Positions 42,562-51,321 of a stretch of DNA of 64,000 nt are shown here, in pieces. The notes beneath the pieces are model-generated. The model was not told the DNA's origin. It saw only the letters and a list, made by a program, of their open reading frames with translations, and ran no database searches. Where the stretch lies: positions 101-64,100 of the forward strand of contig CAZEGD010000003.1 of NCBI GenBank assembly GCA_964512235.1. The letters are read 5' to 3'. The first letter of the stretch is position 1; each line of letters starts with the position of its first letter. Source of the stretch: an uncultured archaeon (GTDB lineage Archaea; Aenigmatarchaeota; Aenigmatarchaeia; CG10238-14; SCSR01). A program made the position numbers and the translations under genes.

Positions 42562-43143
42562 ATGTTTAGTATGGCCGCAAAGGAAAAGACAAAAACATGG
42601 GAAGGAGAACTGGTAGGAAAGAGGGTGATAATCTGGGACCCTGCAGCCGTAGCTCTATATGACGAGTCTGGATATGGCAAGCCACTGCCAGAGAAAGAAA
42701 CCAACAGGTTAGAGCTAGAGCTTGTAGAGGCAACCTATCTTGTTGAGAAGAAGAAATTGAAAGTTAAGAAAAAAGGTAGGAAAAAGGTGCTTGCATTCAA
42801 GGATTTGATGAAGATTGCCACTGATGAAGTAAATCAATTCCACCCGCAGTTCATAGTTTTCCGTGATTTACGTGAGCGGGGATATCTGGTTAAGACGGGT
42901 TATAAATTTGGTGCACACTTTAGAGTATACGAACGCGGCGTTAAGCTCAGGCGCGGTCCAAAGGCCGCACACGAACATACGAAGTTCGTGCTACATGCCG
43001 TGCCAGAGGAGGCTGCATTCTCTCTACCAGAAATGTCTCGCGCGGTAAGGCTTGCACACAACATACGTGCCACATTTGTATGGGCAGTAGTGGACAAAGA
43101 GAGCGACGTCACCTACTATACAATACAGAGGTTGACTCCTTAG
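42562..43143 (+). CDS. endA: tRNA-splicing endonuclease EndA (193 aa, single catalytic-unit size)
   Basis: FRDLRERGYLVKTGYKFGAHFRVYERG ... HEHTKFVLHAV ... AVRLAHNIRATFVWAVVD aligns by eye with the M. jannaschii EndA C-terminal catalytic domain. Confidence 0.85.
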   Translation: MFSMAAKEKTKTWEGELVGKRVIIWDPAAVALYDESGYGKPLPEKETNRLELELVEATYLVEKKKLKVKKKGRKKVLAFKDLMKIATDEVNQFHPQFIVFRDLRERGYLVKTGYKFGAHFRVYERGVKLRRGPKAAHEHTKFVLHAVPEEAAFSLPEMSRAVRLAHNIRATFVWAVVDKESDVTYYTIQRLTP

Positions 43144-43159
43144 ATCAGTAGGTGAAACA

Positions 43160-43369
43160 ATGGGAAACATAAAGACGTCTTTCGTAAAATCAGTCGCCCA
43201 TGAGCTGTATGAAGAGTATGCTGATAAGTTCACTACTGACTTTTCGAAGAACAAAGAAGTCGTCAAGCAGCTTGCGGATATAAAATCCAAGCGGCTAATG
43301 AATATGATTGTAGGGTACTTGACAAAGCTGAAGAAGCGCAATAATCACGAGAAGCTCGGTGCGCGCTAA
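43160..43369 (+). CDS. rps17e: 30S ribosomal protein S17e
   Basis: MGNIKTSFVKSVAHELYEEYADKFTTDFSKNKEVV... is a canonical S17e N-terminus. Confidence 0.9.
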   Translation: MGNIKTSFVKSVAHELYEEYADKFTTDFSKNKEVVKQLADIKSKRLMNMIVGYLTKLKKRNNHEKLGAR

Positions 43370-43465
43370 TTACACCCTTTTCCTCATGTACCATAAGAAT
43401 TAATTGTTTTAAAAATAACTTTATTTTAGGATATTTTAAGAGATTGAGCTTAGAGCGGTGAAACA

Positions 43466-44581
43466 ATGGCAGTCATACCGAAGATAGACGAATTCGCATT
43501 TGTCCTGCTAGGTGGGTTGTTGTTTATTTTCATCCTAATGGTAGTGTGGAGCACGCCGATAGAGCCGCCGCCAGTAATAGAGCCAAAGACAGTAAGCCTT
43601 GTAATCAGGCAGGGCTCCTCTGATAGTTTTGACATAGAATTCGACGGTACAGTCTCAGCCGTGAACCTAACTGCTCATGGTGAGATAAGCGGATGGGTGA
43701 CATTCAACAAACAGGACTTTAACATAAATGAAAAGGGTTCAGTAGGAGTGACGGTGGAAGTACCGGATAATGAAGATGAGGGTTTCTATAACGGCAGAAT
43801 AGAAGTGCATTCTGCAGGTGGCAAATCCTATGTATCTGTCAACATTGAAGTCTTGGAACAGACTGGAGAGGTGGTTTCAAAACCTGTATTTCTGGGAGAT
43901 TTTATCGTGAGCTATAGCGAAGGCGCTGAAGTATTGGATTCAAAGTCCACAACTACAGTATCTAAAAGCTACTTCAGCGAAAGAGCACTTACACTGACTG
44001 GCATTATGACAGAAGACAGGCTAACAATTGTCACAGACGCATATGTGCAGTTGGATGTAGAAGACACGAATATGGCAGGCAATCTCATAGTTAAAGTCAA
44101 CGGTGAGACTGTGTACAAGGATGTTACGGCCATCGGTACTCTGACCATCCCAGTCGATAAGGATTTGCTAGAGACTTCCAATACCGTAGAGATAAAAGCC
44201 GGTTCGCCTGGTTGGAGGTTCTGGATGAGCACTATGTACAAGTTGCGATCAAGCTTCGAGATAAGTTATATGGGCATATTTTCAGAGAGTTTTAACTTTG
44301 ACTTAAATGCTGTGCAGATTGCAAATTTCAAGGATTTGGGTCTGAACTACAGGGTACAAAACTACAACCTACCGTTGCCTGAGCTTATGATTAAAGTCAA
44401 CGGCCAGCTTGCATTCTGGGAGCGGCCGCCACTGGTGCTTGGAGACCATACATTCACAGAAGATGTCTTTGGAAATGATATAATTCTGAACGAAGGGAAT
44501 AACACAATATCGTTCAACTTTGAGCGCGAAGCATCCTACAGTGTAGCTGATGCAATACTGACTGTCAATTACTATGCCTAG
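43466..44581 (+). CDS. Hypothetical N-terminally anchored extracellular protein (371 aa)
   Basis: One N-terminal TM helix (FAFVLLGGLLFIFILMVVW), then beta-rich sequence. No family recognised. Confidence 0.7.
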   Translation: MAVIPKIDEFAFVLLGGLLFIFILMVVWSTPIEPPPVIEPKTVSLVIRQGSSDSFDIEFDGTVSAVNLTAHGEISGWVTFNKQDFNINEKGSVGVTVEVPDNEDEGFYNGRIEVHSAGGKSYVSVNIEVLEQTGEVVSKPVFLGDFIVSYSEGAEVLDSKSTTTVSKSYFSERALTLTGIMTEDRLTIVTDAYVQLDVEDTNMAGNLIVKVNGETVYKDVTAIGTLTIPVDKDLLETSNTVEIKAGSPGWRFWMSTMYKLRSSFEISYMGIFSESFNFDLNAVQIANFKDLGLNYRVQNYNLPLPELMIKVNGQLAFWERPPLVLGDHTFTEDVFGNDIILNEGNNTISFNFEREASYSVADAILTVNYYA

Positions 44582-44583
44582 AA

Positions 44584-45378
44584 TCAGCCAAGTGCCATAA
44601 GAGCCAATAAATCTCTAGTTCCAGTCGCAGCACCAAGTACACCTATGACCAGTTTGACATACGTATTGAATTGCTTGTCATCCGAAAACTTGTCTATAGC
44701 CATTAACAGTACAGCAATTCCTACAGCTTTGACTACTATGAAAGATGCAGGTCCGAATATGTTTATGAAAGCTGTCGGCAGTATATGCTGCTCGTAGAAG
44801 TTGAAGAATTGTAAAGAGACAAACGTAGCTGTCGCATCAAGCATCTGCAAAGACATAACAGCCTTGTTCTCTCCACTCCATCTCAAGAATTTAAAAAGTA
44901 AAATCCAAGGGACAAAGAACACCACGAAGAGCAGTGCACCATAGAGATTGATATGAGTCATTAATGATGCTATCAAAACACTGAGTGGCAGCGACATCAA
45001 CAGAGTACCGAACATGCAGACAGGCTTGAAATACGGTATACCCCTCTTCTTTTCAATGAACAAAGACACAAGCAAAGCTGCAATCGTAATAGCAAACACG
45101 AAAACGTATATGCCTGGAGTGACGAATATGTTGCCATGTATGAGGCCAAGGTCTTCCAAGACTCTTATAGAACTACCTAAGACCACATAAGGTGCAATTG
45201 CTATTGCCAGTCTCCTATCAATTTTCACTTTCAACTTTTTCAATGTTTCATATATCACATAAACAGCCGCTACAAGCAACAAGCCATATGTGAGCGTCTT
45301 TGGCACGTCATAGCCGCTACGCTTTGGTTGAAGGAAGTATTCTAGTAATTTGTCAATACTGAAACTACTCAAATCCAT
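44584..45378 (-). CDS. Polytopic membrane protein (possibly DUF63 family)
   Basis: 264 aa with about 7 TM helices. The N-terminal region resembles archaeal DUF63 proteins from memory. Low certainty on family. Confidence 0.65.
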   Translation of the reverse strand: MDLSSFSIDKLLEYFLQPKRSGYDVPKTLTYGLLLVAAVYVIYETLKKLKVKIDRRLAIAIAPYVVLGSSIRVLEDLGLIHGNIFVTPGIYVFVFAITIAALLVSLFIEKKRGIPYFKPVCMFGTLLMSLPLSVLIASLMTHINLYGALLFVVFFVPWILLFKFLRWSGENKAVMSLQMLDATATFVSLQFFNFYEQHILPTAFINIFGPASFIVVKAVGIAVLLMAIDKFSDDKQFNTYVKLVIGVLGAATGTRDLLALMALG

Positions 45379-45435
45379 ACAACTAATATATGACTTGGAT
45401 AAAATTAATATCCGCTCAAGCCCAAAGATTAATCA

Positions 45436-46395
45436 ATGGTAAATGCAAAAAAGACTCTAATTTTATTGCTAGTATTGGTAGTTGTAGTGAGCCTTTCAGG
45501 ATGCGATGAAGCTTATGGGGAAGAGCAGCAATACGACGATAATGTGATAACTATTGAATACTACTCCGTATCTTCGTTAAAACCATATGCTGAAAGACCC
45601 ACTACGATTAGATTCTTCTTGAGAAATAATGGACAGTATGATGTGGAAAATCTAGTAGTGGATTTCTTTAACATCCAAGACTTTAGTGTGACCGATATGT
45701 ATTGTGATGACGCAGATAATGCACTCTCTACAGGAATGATACAGATAATAGAAGGTAATCAAAACTGCACCTATAACACCTTTGAAGATTATGAGAAGAA
45801 AGTATGGATTATGCTGATGGCACCAGATAATGATAAAATTCCCAAACCAACAACACTTAGAGTCGATTATAACGTTAGCTATGATTATTTTGGAGTCAGG
45901 GAGGCGCATATACCTATAGTCGATGAAATGACAATCATAAAACCAATGTCTAAATTTACGCAGACTGCACATTCTCCTAGCCCTATACATGTAAGCTTTG
46001 AGCCACCTGTGGGTGATGTGAGAATAGAGGATGGTGTTGAAATAAAAGAGTATTGGGGCACCCAGAACGAGCCATTCGAGCTAAATATGAATTTCAAGCA
46101 TGTCGGCAGCAGCTCTGTCGGTACCATAGGCAAGTTGGAGATTGAAGAAGGGAATGTCAAATTAAGGTCAAGTGGCCTTAGCATATTCTCCGGCCTTCCT
46201 TGCGACTTCACCGTGAGCGGGGATGAGATGGTTTCCAATAAAGAAGTAGAAATCCCGGGAACTTTGACGTGTTATTTCGTTTTGAGCAATGAAAATCCAC
46301 TACCTGAAGTTACTGAGACGTTGCAGGCAGAGTTTACATTCTCATATAATTTCGTCAGAAGCCAGGAATTTGAAGTCCAGCCACTTTCGGACTGA
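45436..46395 (+). CDS. Putative secreted lipoprotein (lipobox-like LSGC)
   Basis: Signal peptide LLVLVVVVSLSGC followed by a beta-rich domain. Confidence 0.7.
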   Translation: MVNAKKTLILLLVLVVVVSLSGCDEAYGEEQQYDDNVITIEYYSVSSLKPYAERPTTIRFFLRNNGQYDVENLVVDFFNIQDFSVTDMYCDDADNALSTGMIQIIEGNQNCTYNTFEDYEKKVWIMLMAPDNDKIPKPTTLRVDYNVSYDYFGVREAHIPIVDEMTIIKPMSKFTQTAHSPSPIHVSFEPPVGDVRIEDGVEIKEYWGTQNEPFELNMNFKHVGSSSVGTIGKLEIEEGNVKLRSSGLSIFSGLPCDFTVSGDEMVSNKEVEIPGTLTCYFVLSNENPLPEVTETLQAEFTFSYNFVRSQEFEVQPLSD

Positions 46396-46461
46396 AAAAC
46401 AAAAAACACCTTAGATGTATTTAAATTGCTCGGTGCATAAATTAATTATAAGAGTGAGTAA

Positions 46462-47379
46462 ATGAAGAAAATAGTCTTAGCCAGTTTGTTCTTGGCGGTA
46501 TTCTTGGCCGGTTGTACAATCTTTGAAACCGTTTCAGGAACGTCGTCAGGGACTAATGGTATAATCATAAAAGACTTTGGTTTTGACTATTCCCCAATAT
46601 ATGCAGAAGAGTCAACGGGATTGACTCTGACGCTCCAGAACGTAGGTGGAGCTGAGGGAACAATAACAGAAATAACAATATTCGGCGTTGACGCGCCAGG
46701 TGCAAATGCAGGATCCCTCACTTGGGGTTATGGAAGTGGCGATGACTTCAGTTTAACTCCAGGTACAGAATTGTTGCCACCAGATCCAAGTACGGGATTT
46801 GATGGAGAGGAATACTTCCAAGAATGGATACCTGAGGCACCGACAAGTATAACAGCAGCAACAACTTACGATTTCCAGACGAGAGTCAAGTATACCTATA
46901 CTACGACTTTCACAGGGACGATTCAAATAGTCGACAACGACTACCTAAGGACTCTATCATCTAGCGATAGAGAATCATTGATAAAAGTAGGCGGAGTCCA
47001 AGACTCGACAGTAACGGGTGGTCCATTATCACTGAAGGCTGCAAGCAGCAGAAACTTCATAGTCAGAGATGGTGATACGGCAGAGAACAGAGACATTAAA
47101 TTCAAGATAACAAACGTCGGAAGCGGTTACCCGTATAAAGAACCTTGGAGTGATGTCAATCTACACATTGTTTCAGTTACGGTAGACGATGGGATAGACT
47201 GTAGTACACAAGACATAAAATTGAGCAGAGGAAAGACAGGAGTTTTGACATGTACTTTCACAACACCAGCACAAGGGAGTTTCACGAACAAAATAGACAA
47301 GATGTTCTCAATAACGCTAGGATATGGCTACTACGTTGACAGCGCTGCATCTATAACGGTAAACCCAATACTTGACTAA
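46462..47379 (+). CDS. Putative secreted lipoprotein (lipobox-like LAGC)
   Basis: Signal peptide ASLFLAVFLAGC followed by a T/G-rich beta domain. Confidence 0.7.
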   Translation: MKKIVLASLFLAVFLAGCTIFETVSGTSSGTNGIIIKDFGFDYSPIYAEESTGLTLTLQNVGGAEGTITEITIFGVDAPGANAGSLTWGYGSGDDFSLTPGTELLPPDPSTGFDGEEYFQEWIPEAPTSITAATTYDFQTRVKYTYTTTFTGTIQIVDNDYLRTLSSSDRESLIKVGGVQDSTVTGGPLSLKAASSRNFIVRDGDTAENRDIKFKITNVGSGYPYKEPWSDVNLHIVSVTVDDGIDCSTQDIKLSRGKTGVLTCTFTTPAQGSFTNKIDKMFSITLGYGYYVDSAASITVNPILD

Positions 47380-47460
47380 AACCAAAGGCTTGAGAGAATT
47401 TAAGAATCTTTTACAGCCTTCTTTTTATTTTAATTTTTACAGAATCATTTATCTTCCGTA

Positions 47461-47476
47461 TATGGGCCCGAGGAGA
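47461..47476. repeat. 16-nt direct repeat, copy 1 = duplicated 3' end of tRNA-Val gene (att-like)
   Basis: TATGGGCCCGAGGAGA is identical to 48024..48039, which covers the last 14 nt of tRNA-Val plus 2 nt. Confidence 0.6.
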
Positions 47477-47522
47477 CATATTTATTTTTCTTGTTCATCA
47501 ATTAGAATTTACTATTTTGTAT

Positions 47523-47969
47523 CTAATAAAGAAACTTTTCACGTTCCTCTTCCGAAATATACCCTTTCTTACACGCCCATGATAGTAATGAAGCATTATG
47601 AATTCTAGCTGGTCGACCCTTTCCAATTAACTTCAATGATTCTGGAAGTGTTTTGTCTCTCGATAAATAATATGCAATTCCAACAGCAACACTCCTGCTA
47701 GTTCCAGATTCACAACAAATTAGGACATCACCTTTATCTATGCATTTATTAATGAACTCAATTGCAATATCAAAGGCGTAATAAGATATAGGAAAGTCAT
47801 CGTATAGTTGCATCTCTAGGCAAGGTTTACCTTCAACTATCCTTTCCTCCCCCTTCCCAGTTAAACAATTGATTACTGCAGCGGATGTGGAATATGGACT
47901 AGTCTTCTTATAGTCCAAATCCTCTAGACAGCCAATTATTATCTTATGTTTTGACAAACCGTTGCTCAT
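47523..47969 (-). CDS. Dual-specificity / Cys-based protein phosphatase
   Basis: VLICCESGTSRSVAVGIAYYL contains the C-x5-R(S/T) P-loop signature. Confidence 0.8.
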   Translation of the reverse strand: MSNGLSKHKIIIGCLEDLDYKKTSPYSTSAAVINCLTGKGEERIVEGKPCLEMQLYDDFPISYYAFDIAIEFINKCIDKGDVLICCESGTSRSVAVGIAYYLSRDKTLPESLKLIGKGRPARIHNASLLSWACKKGYISEEEREKFLY

Positions 47970-48023
47970 AATAAAATTTTACAGGTGAGAGATTTATTTA
48001 GATGTTTTTATCTTCGATTCTAG

Positions 48024-48039
48024 TATGGGCCCGAGGAGA
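48024..48039. repeat. 16-nt direct repeat, copy 2 (within the 3' end of tRNA-Val)
   Basis: See 47461..47476. Confidence 0.6.
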
Positions 48040-48117
48040 ATTGAACTCCTGTCTTTACCGTTCTCAAGTTTGAATCTGTCATGTGAGGGTAATGTCCTAC
48101 CACTAGACTACGGGCCC
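48026..48117 (-). tRNA. tRNA-Val(CAC) with 21-nt canonical intron
   Basis: Exon 1 is GGGCCCG TA GTCT AGTGGTA GGAC A TTACC CTCACA. The intron is at 48081..48061. Exon 2 is C GGTAA AGAC AGGAG TTCAATT CTCCT CGGGCCC A. CUCA/UGAG form the 4-bp central helix flanked by 3-nt bulges (BHB). Confidence 0.8.
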
Positions 48118-48147
48118 AGTGATGTATAATTGGACTTCTGCTTTTAT

Positions 48148-49434
48148 TTATTTAAAATCTACAAGCCTCTTCTGCTCTTTAGCCTTCTTTTCCATCTTAG
48201 TCTTCAATTTTTCGTATTGAGCAGTGTCAAACACAGGTTGGCCGTACACACCATCATAACCCGGTATGTACTTTACCTTGCCCTCCCGCACTTTGATTAT
48301 CGCATCGGCTATGCTTTCTTTCGTCGCTTCCAAGAGATGCTCTTTAGGCACATTCAACAGTACGTTAAACTCATTGCCGAATCTCTTCACCAAAGCATCC
48401 TGTTGGTCAATCACACTTCTATTATACAGCTGACCGACACCCGTGGCAAATGATATTATCTCATACAAAGGTAGTAGCGATTTGTAAGGCACGGCACCAT
48501 CGGGCTTAAAGCCTTCCGGTCTGTCTGACAATTGCTCCACGCGCTGTAGCACACCGACAGTCATCCTACGGCCGCACTTCGGACATTTATTGTCAAACTG
48601 CAGAGACTGCTTAGGGCTTATATTGATACCGCAACTGCGGTGGCCTGTAAAATGGTATTTGCCGTACGAAGGCTCGACTTCAATGGTATACTTCAACTGC
48701 CCTTTCTTTATAGCTTCGTTTATTGCAGCATACGTAAGCGAGTTAATGCTGTCAATATCAAACTCGAATACATTCGCCTCCCTTCCCAATCTCCATATCC
48801 AAGGACTATGTGCATCCGAGTTGCTAAGCAGTGTGTACTTGTCAAGAGCGGACAGTCTCCAGTTCATAGGCGGATCGCTACTCATTCCAGTCTCCAGAGC
48901 ATGAATATGTTTCGTCTGGTCTTTGTAGCATTCCTCCATAGAATCGTAGCCAGAGAAAGAACCAAAAATAGCCCACCAGCTCGTCCAAACATGTGCTGGA
49001 TAGATGAGAATACCTTTGTCAACCTCCATCACAAGCTCAACAAGCTCGGGCGACGTGAGACCGGAGAACATAGGTCTGCCATCTACGGACAGGTTCCCTC
49101 TCTTACCCAACAATTCATTTACCTGTGCAACTACTTCCAAGCTAGGTGCGTGGATGACATGATGTATCTTTCTCGTCTTCCCGCCATCACCGTATACGGT
49201 TGCAACTTCAGTCGTTGCAATCCACAGCACACCACCATAACTGTATACGCCATCTCCAGCAGGCTCTAGCTTCTGCTTTAATTCATCAAACCAAGCTGGA
49301 AATGTGAAATCGCCAGTGCCCAAGAGATTCAATCCCTTCATCTTGGCATTCCTCGCCAATTGCTCCAAATCCATCTGCTTGCTCGTCGCACGGGAATATT
49401 TTGAATGTATGTGAAAATCAGCAATTATCTCCAA
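48148..49434 (-). CDS. endoQ: Endonuclease Q (PHP-domain, deaminated-base endonuclease)
   Basis: MEIIADFHIHSKYSRATSK...KGLNLLGTGDFTFPAW PHP N-terminus and a CPKCGRRMTVGVLQRVEQL zinc finger, as in Pyrococcus EndoQ from memory. Confidence 0.8.
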   Translation of the reverse strand: MEIIADFHIHSKYSRATSKQMDLEQLARNAKMKGLNLLGTGDFTFPAWFDELKQKLEPAGDGVYSYGGVLWIATTEVATVYGDGGKTRKIHHVIHAPSLEVVAQVNELLGKRGNLSVDGRPMFSGLTSPELVELVMEVDKGILIYPAHVWTSWWAIFGSFSGYDSMEECYKDQTKHIHALETGMSSDPPMNWRLSALDKYTLLSNSDAHSPWIWRLGREANVFEFDIDSINSLTYAAINEAIKKGQLKYTIEVEPSYGKYHFTGHRSCGINISPKQSLQFDNKCPKCGRRMTVGVLQRVEQLSDRPEGFKPDGAVPYKSLLPLYEIISFATGVGQLYNRSVIDQQDALVKRFGNEFNVLLNVPKEHLLEATKESIADAIIKVREGKVKYIPGYDGVYGQPVFDTAQYEKLKTKMEKKAKEQKRLVDFK

Positions 49435-49452
49435 CCAATCACACCTTTAATT

Positions 49453-50076
49453 TTAAACAAAGAAGATTAAGACGTTGATTATAACCAAGAAAAACCATGC
49501 CAAAGGTTTCCAAACGATTATTCTGTAACCATTTAATGGTTTTATGGGCAGCAGATTGAAGATTGCAAAGTAAGCACTTACAAAAGACATATAGCTGAAA
49601 AACGAACCCGGAAAGAGGCTAAACAGCATAGCGAGCATTATATTCGAAGCTGGGCCAATGAAGCCTACTAAGCCCTCTTCCATCATCGACAATCGCCTGC
49701 TCTTGAATCCCCACCTCCCGAAAGCAAAAGGATGTACAATAATGAGACCGACTACCGGAAACTTGAACCCCATAATCATCAGGAGCAGACCGAAAATTAT
49801 GCCAGGAAGCCATAATTTGTAGTATGCGGCACAACCAAACTTGCTTGCGAGCAGATTATGTGCAATCTTGTTGACGAAAAAGGCCACACCTACCGCCAGC
49901 AATGCAGGTATGACAGAATTTACAGTACCTACCGGATTCTGGAAATTATATGCAAATATCAGCGTAAGCAAAAGAATAGCCAAGACAGTGTCCCTAAAAT
50001 CTTTTGCAAGGAGGATTTTGCCCTTTTCCTTTGCAATCCTCTTTCTCACTAATTTCAATTTCTTCGCTTTTGCCAT
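49453..50076 (-). CDS. Site-2-protease (M50)-like membrane protein with degenerate active site
   Basis: NLLPIKPLNG resembles the M50 NLLPxxPLDG motif with D replaced by N. Where HExxH is expected the sequence reads NKIAH. Confidence 0.7.
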   Translation of the reverse strand: MAKAKKLKLVRKRIAKEKGKILLAKDFRDTVLAILLLTLIFAYNFQNPVGTVNSVIPALLAVGVAFFVNKIAHNLLASKFGCAAYYKLWLPGIIFGLLLMIMGFKFPVVGLIIVHPFAFGRWGFKSRRLSMMEEGLVGFIGPASNIMLAMLFSLFPGSFFSYMSFVSAYFAIFNLLPIKPLNGYRIIVWKPLAWFFLVIINVLIFFV

Positions 50077-50085
50077 AATTACAAT

Positions 50086-50880
50086 TTATATTAGAAAATA
50101 TTTTAATGCCTCATTGATGGTGAATACTTCTTCCACTTCTATATCAGCTTCCTCGCTCACAGCAAGCCTTTGCTCCACATAATCCGTAGTGCAGTACGTT
50201 ATTGGCCCTATCCTCTGGCATTCTCTTTGCGGCTCGTAATAAACTATCACAGCCTGTCCACCGGGGACTATAAAGAGTTCGGCGCCTATATCCTTCGCTG
50301 CAGTAGCCTTTGTCACAATACCACCTACCGGTCCGACCAGACCGCCTCTGCTAATCGTTCCTGTGATCATCACACTCTCGTTTATAGTCTTGTTCTCCAA
50401 CGCAGCCACTGTTGCAACTGTCAGTGCAGCACCTGCCGACGGGCCCTCTATCACTGATGCATTAGTCTCTATGGTATAGACAATGTCCAGGCCCGACAGA
50501 TCCATTCCTGTAACATTCTGCGCGACTATCTTCGCACTCTGTATAGAGTATTGCGTGTCAACCCAGAACAGGAGTTGGTTGATGTTTACAAGTACACGTC
50601 CCTCGCCAGGCATAATGTCAACTTTAAGATTTGTCACCACACCATTGCCTTCGTTATCCACGGCAGGTACTTTGATTGTTGCCGACTGCTTCGACTCGGG
50701 AGATTCTGCCGTAGGTGTTATAAATTCAGGCAGAGTAATCTCTGTAGTCGTAGTGGCGGTTGGGACAATATAAGTCTCACCGCCCGTAACCATAAAATAA
50801 GAGGCAATTATTAGCACCGCCAGCAACGGGACTATGAGAATCAGCAGTTTTTCTATTGACAAATCAAAACCCCTTCTCAT
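50086..50880 (-). CDS. Membrane-anchored Lon-like S16 peptidase domain protein
   Basis: An N-terminal TM helix, then IEGPSAGAALTVATVAAL (catalytic Ser) and GGIVTKATAAKDIGAELFIVP (catalytic Lys region). Confidence 0.8.
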   Translation of the reverse strand: MRRGFDLSIEKLLILIVPLLAVLIIASYFMVTGGETYIVPTATTTTEITLPEFITPTAESPESKQSATIKVPAVDNEGNGVVTNLKVDIMPGEGRVLVNINQLLFWVDTQYSIQSAKIVAQNVTGMDLSGLDIVYTIETNASVIEGPSAGAALTVATVAALENKTINESVMITGTISRGGLVGPVGGIVTKATAAKDIGAELFIVPGGQAVIVYYEPQRECQRIGPITYCTTDYVEQRLAVSEEADIEVEEVFTINEALKYFLI

Positions 50881-50936
50881 TATACCACTTCAGTAGCCTT
50901 TTGTAATTGAATAAGTATTGGAAAAATATAAAGAGC

Positions 50937-51213
50937 GCAGGAAACACGCCATCAGTGGATACAACTTCATGAATTAGTTGACCCAAATCTCTTCCTCCAT
51001 CCCGTTGATTTACGAGCACCAAATTACATAGCTTATGGCTGCTCCATTCCTGGCCTCGCCAGTTTCGCTAGGTAAATGGCCCCGCAAGACGAGACTTCTC
51101 AGTCCGAAACTCGGACTAACTCACAAAAGTCATACCGCCCTCAGGCTTCGACCCCACCATAAACCGGATTTGTGGTTATAGAGAACCGGTAGCTCTCCAG
51201 TCTAGCTTCCTGC
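50937..51213 (-). ncRNA. ffs: Signal recognition particle RNA (7S/SRP RNA), ends approximate
   Basis: ORF-free 440-bp gap. The minus strand reads GCAGGAA...GGUGGGGUCGAAGCCUGAGGGCGG (Alu-domain-like)...GAGGCCAGGAAUGGAGCAGCC (helix 8 with GGAA tetraloop)...UUUCCUGC. The 5' GCAGGAA pairs with the 3' UUCCUGC. Confidence 0.7.
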
Positions 51214-51321
51214 AAAAGAATGTTTGCTAAAACCAATTTAAATATCTTACACTTATACTGTACAGACAATTAAAAAATTACTAATTCTCGGAAATACAAT
51301 TAATAGATAAGGCATGATCGA

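Noticed and set aside
48061-48081. K-loop-like motif in the tRNA-Val intron
   Set aside because: The 21-nt intron (UGACAGAUUCAAACUUGAGAA) has no GUUGAU...GAUGA core. It only forms the standard BHB, so the motif is specific to the Trp and Leu(CAA) introns.
49453-50076. Possible prepilin peptidase for the K-G pilins
   Set aside because: The motifs resemble the M50/S2P family (NLLPxxPL-), not the paired-Asp GxGD/A24-type prepilin peptidases. It also appears catalytically degenerate.
50937-51213. RNase P RNA as an alternative identity for the ORF-free structured region
   Set aside because: I could not find the GAGGAAAGUCC or ACAGAA..GGCUUA conserved regions. The GGAA-capped AGGCCAGGAAUGGAGCAGCC element and the Alu-like GGUGGGGUCGAAGCCUGAGGGCGG fit SRP RNA instead.
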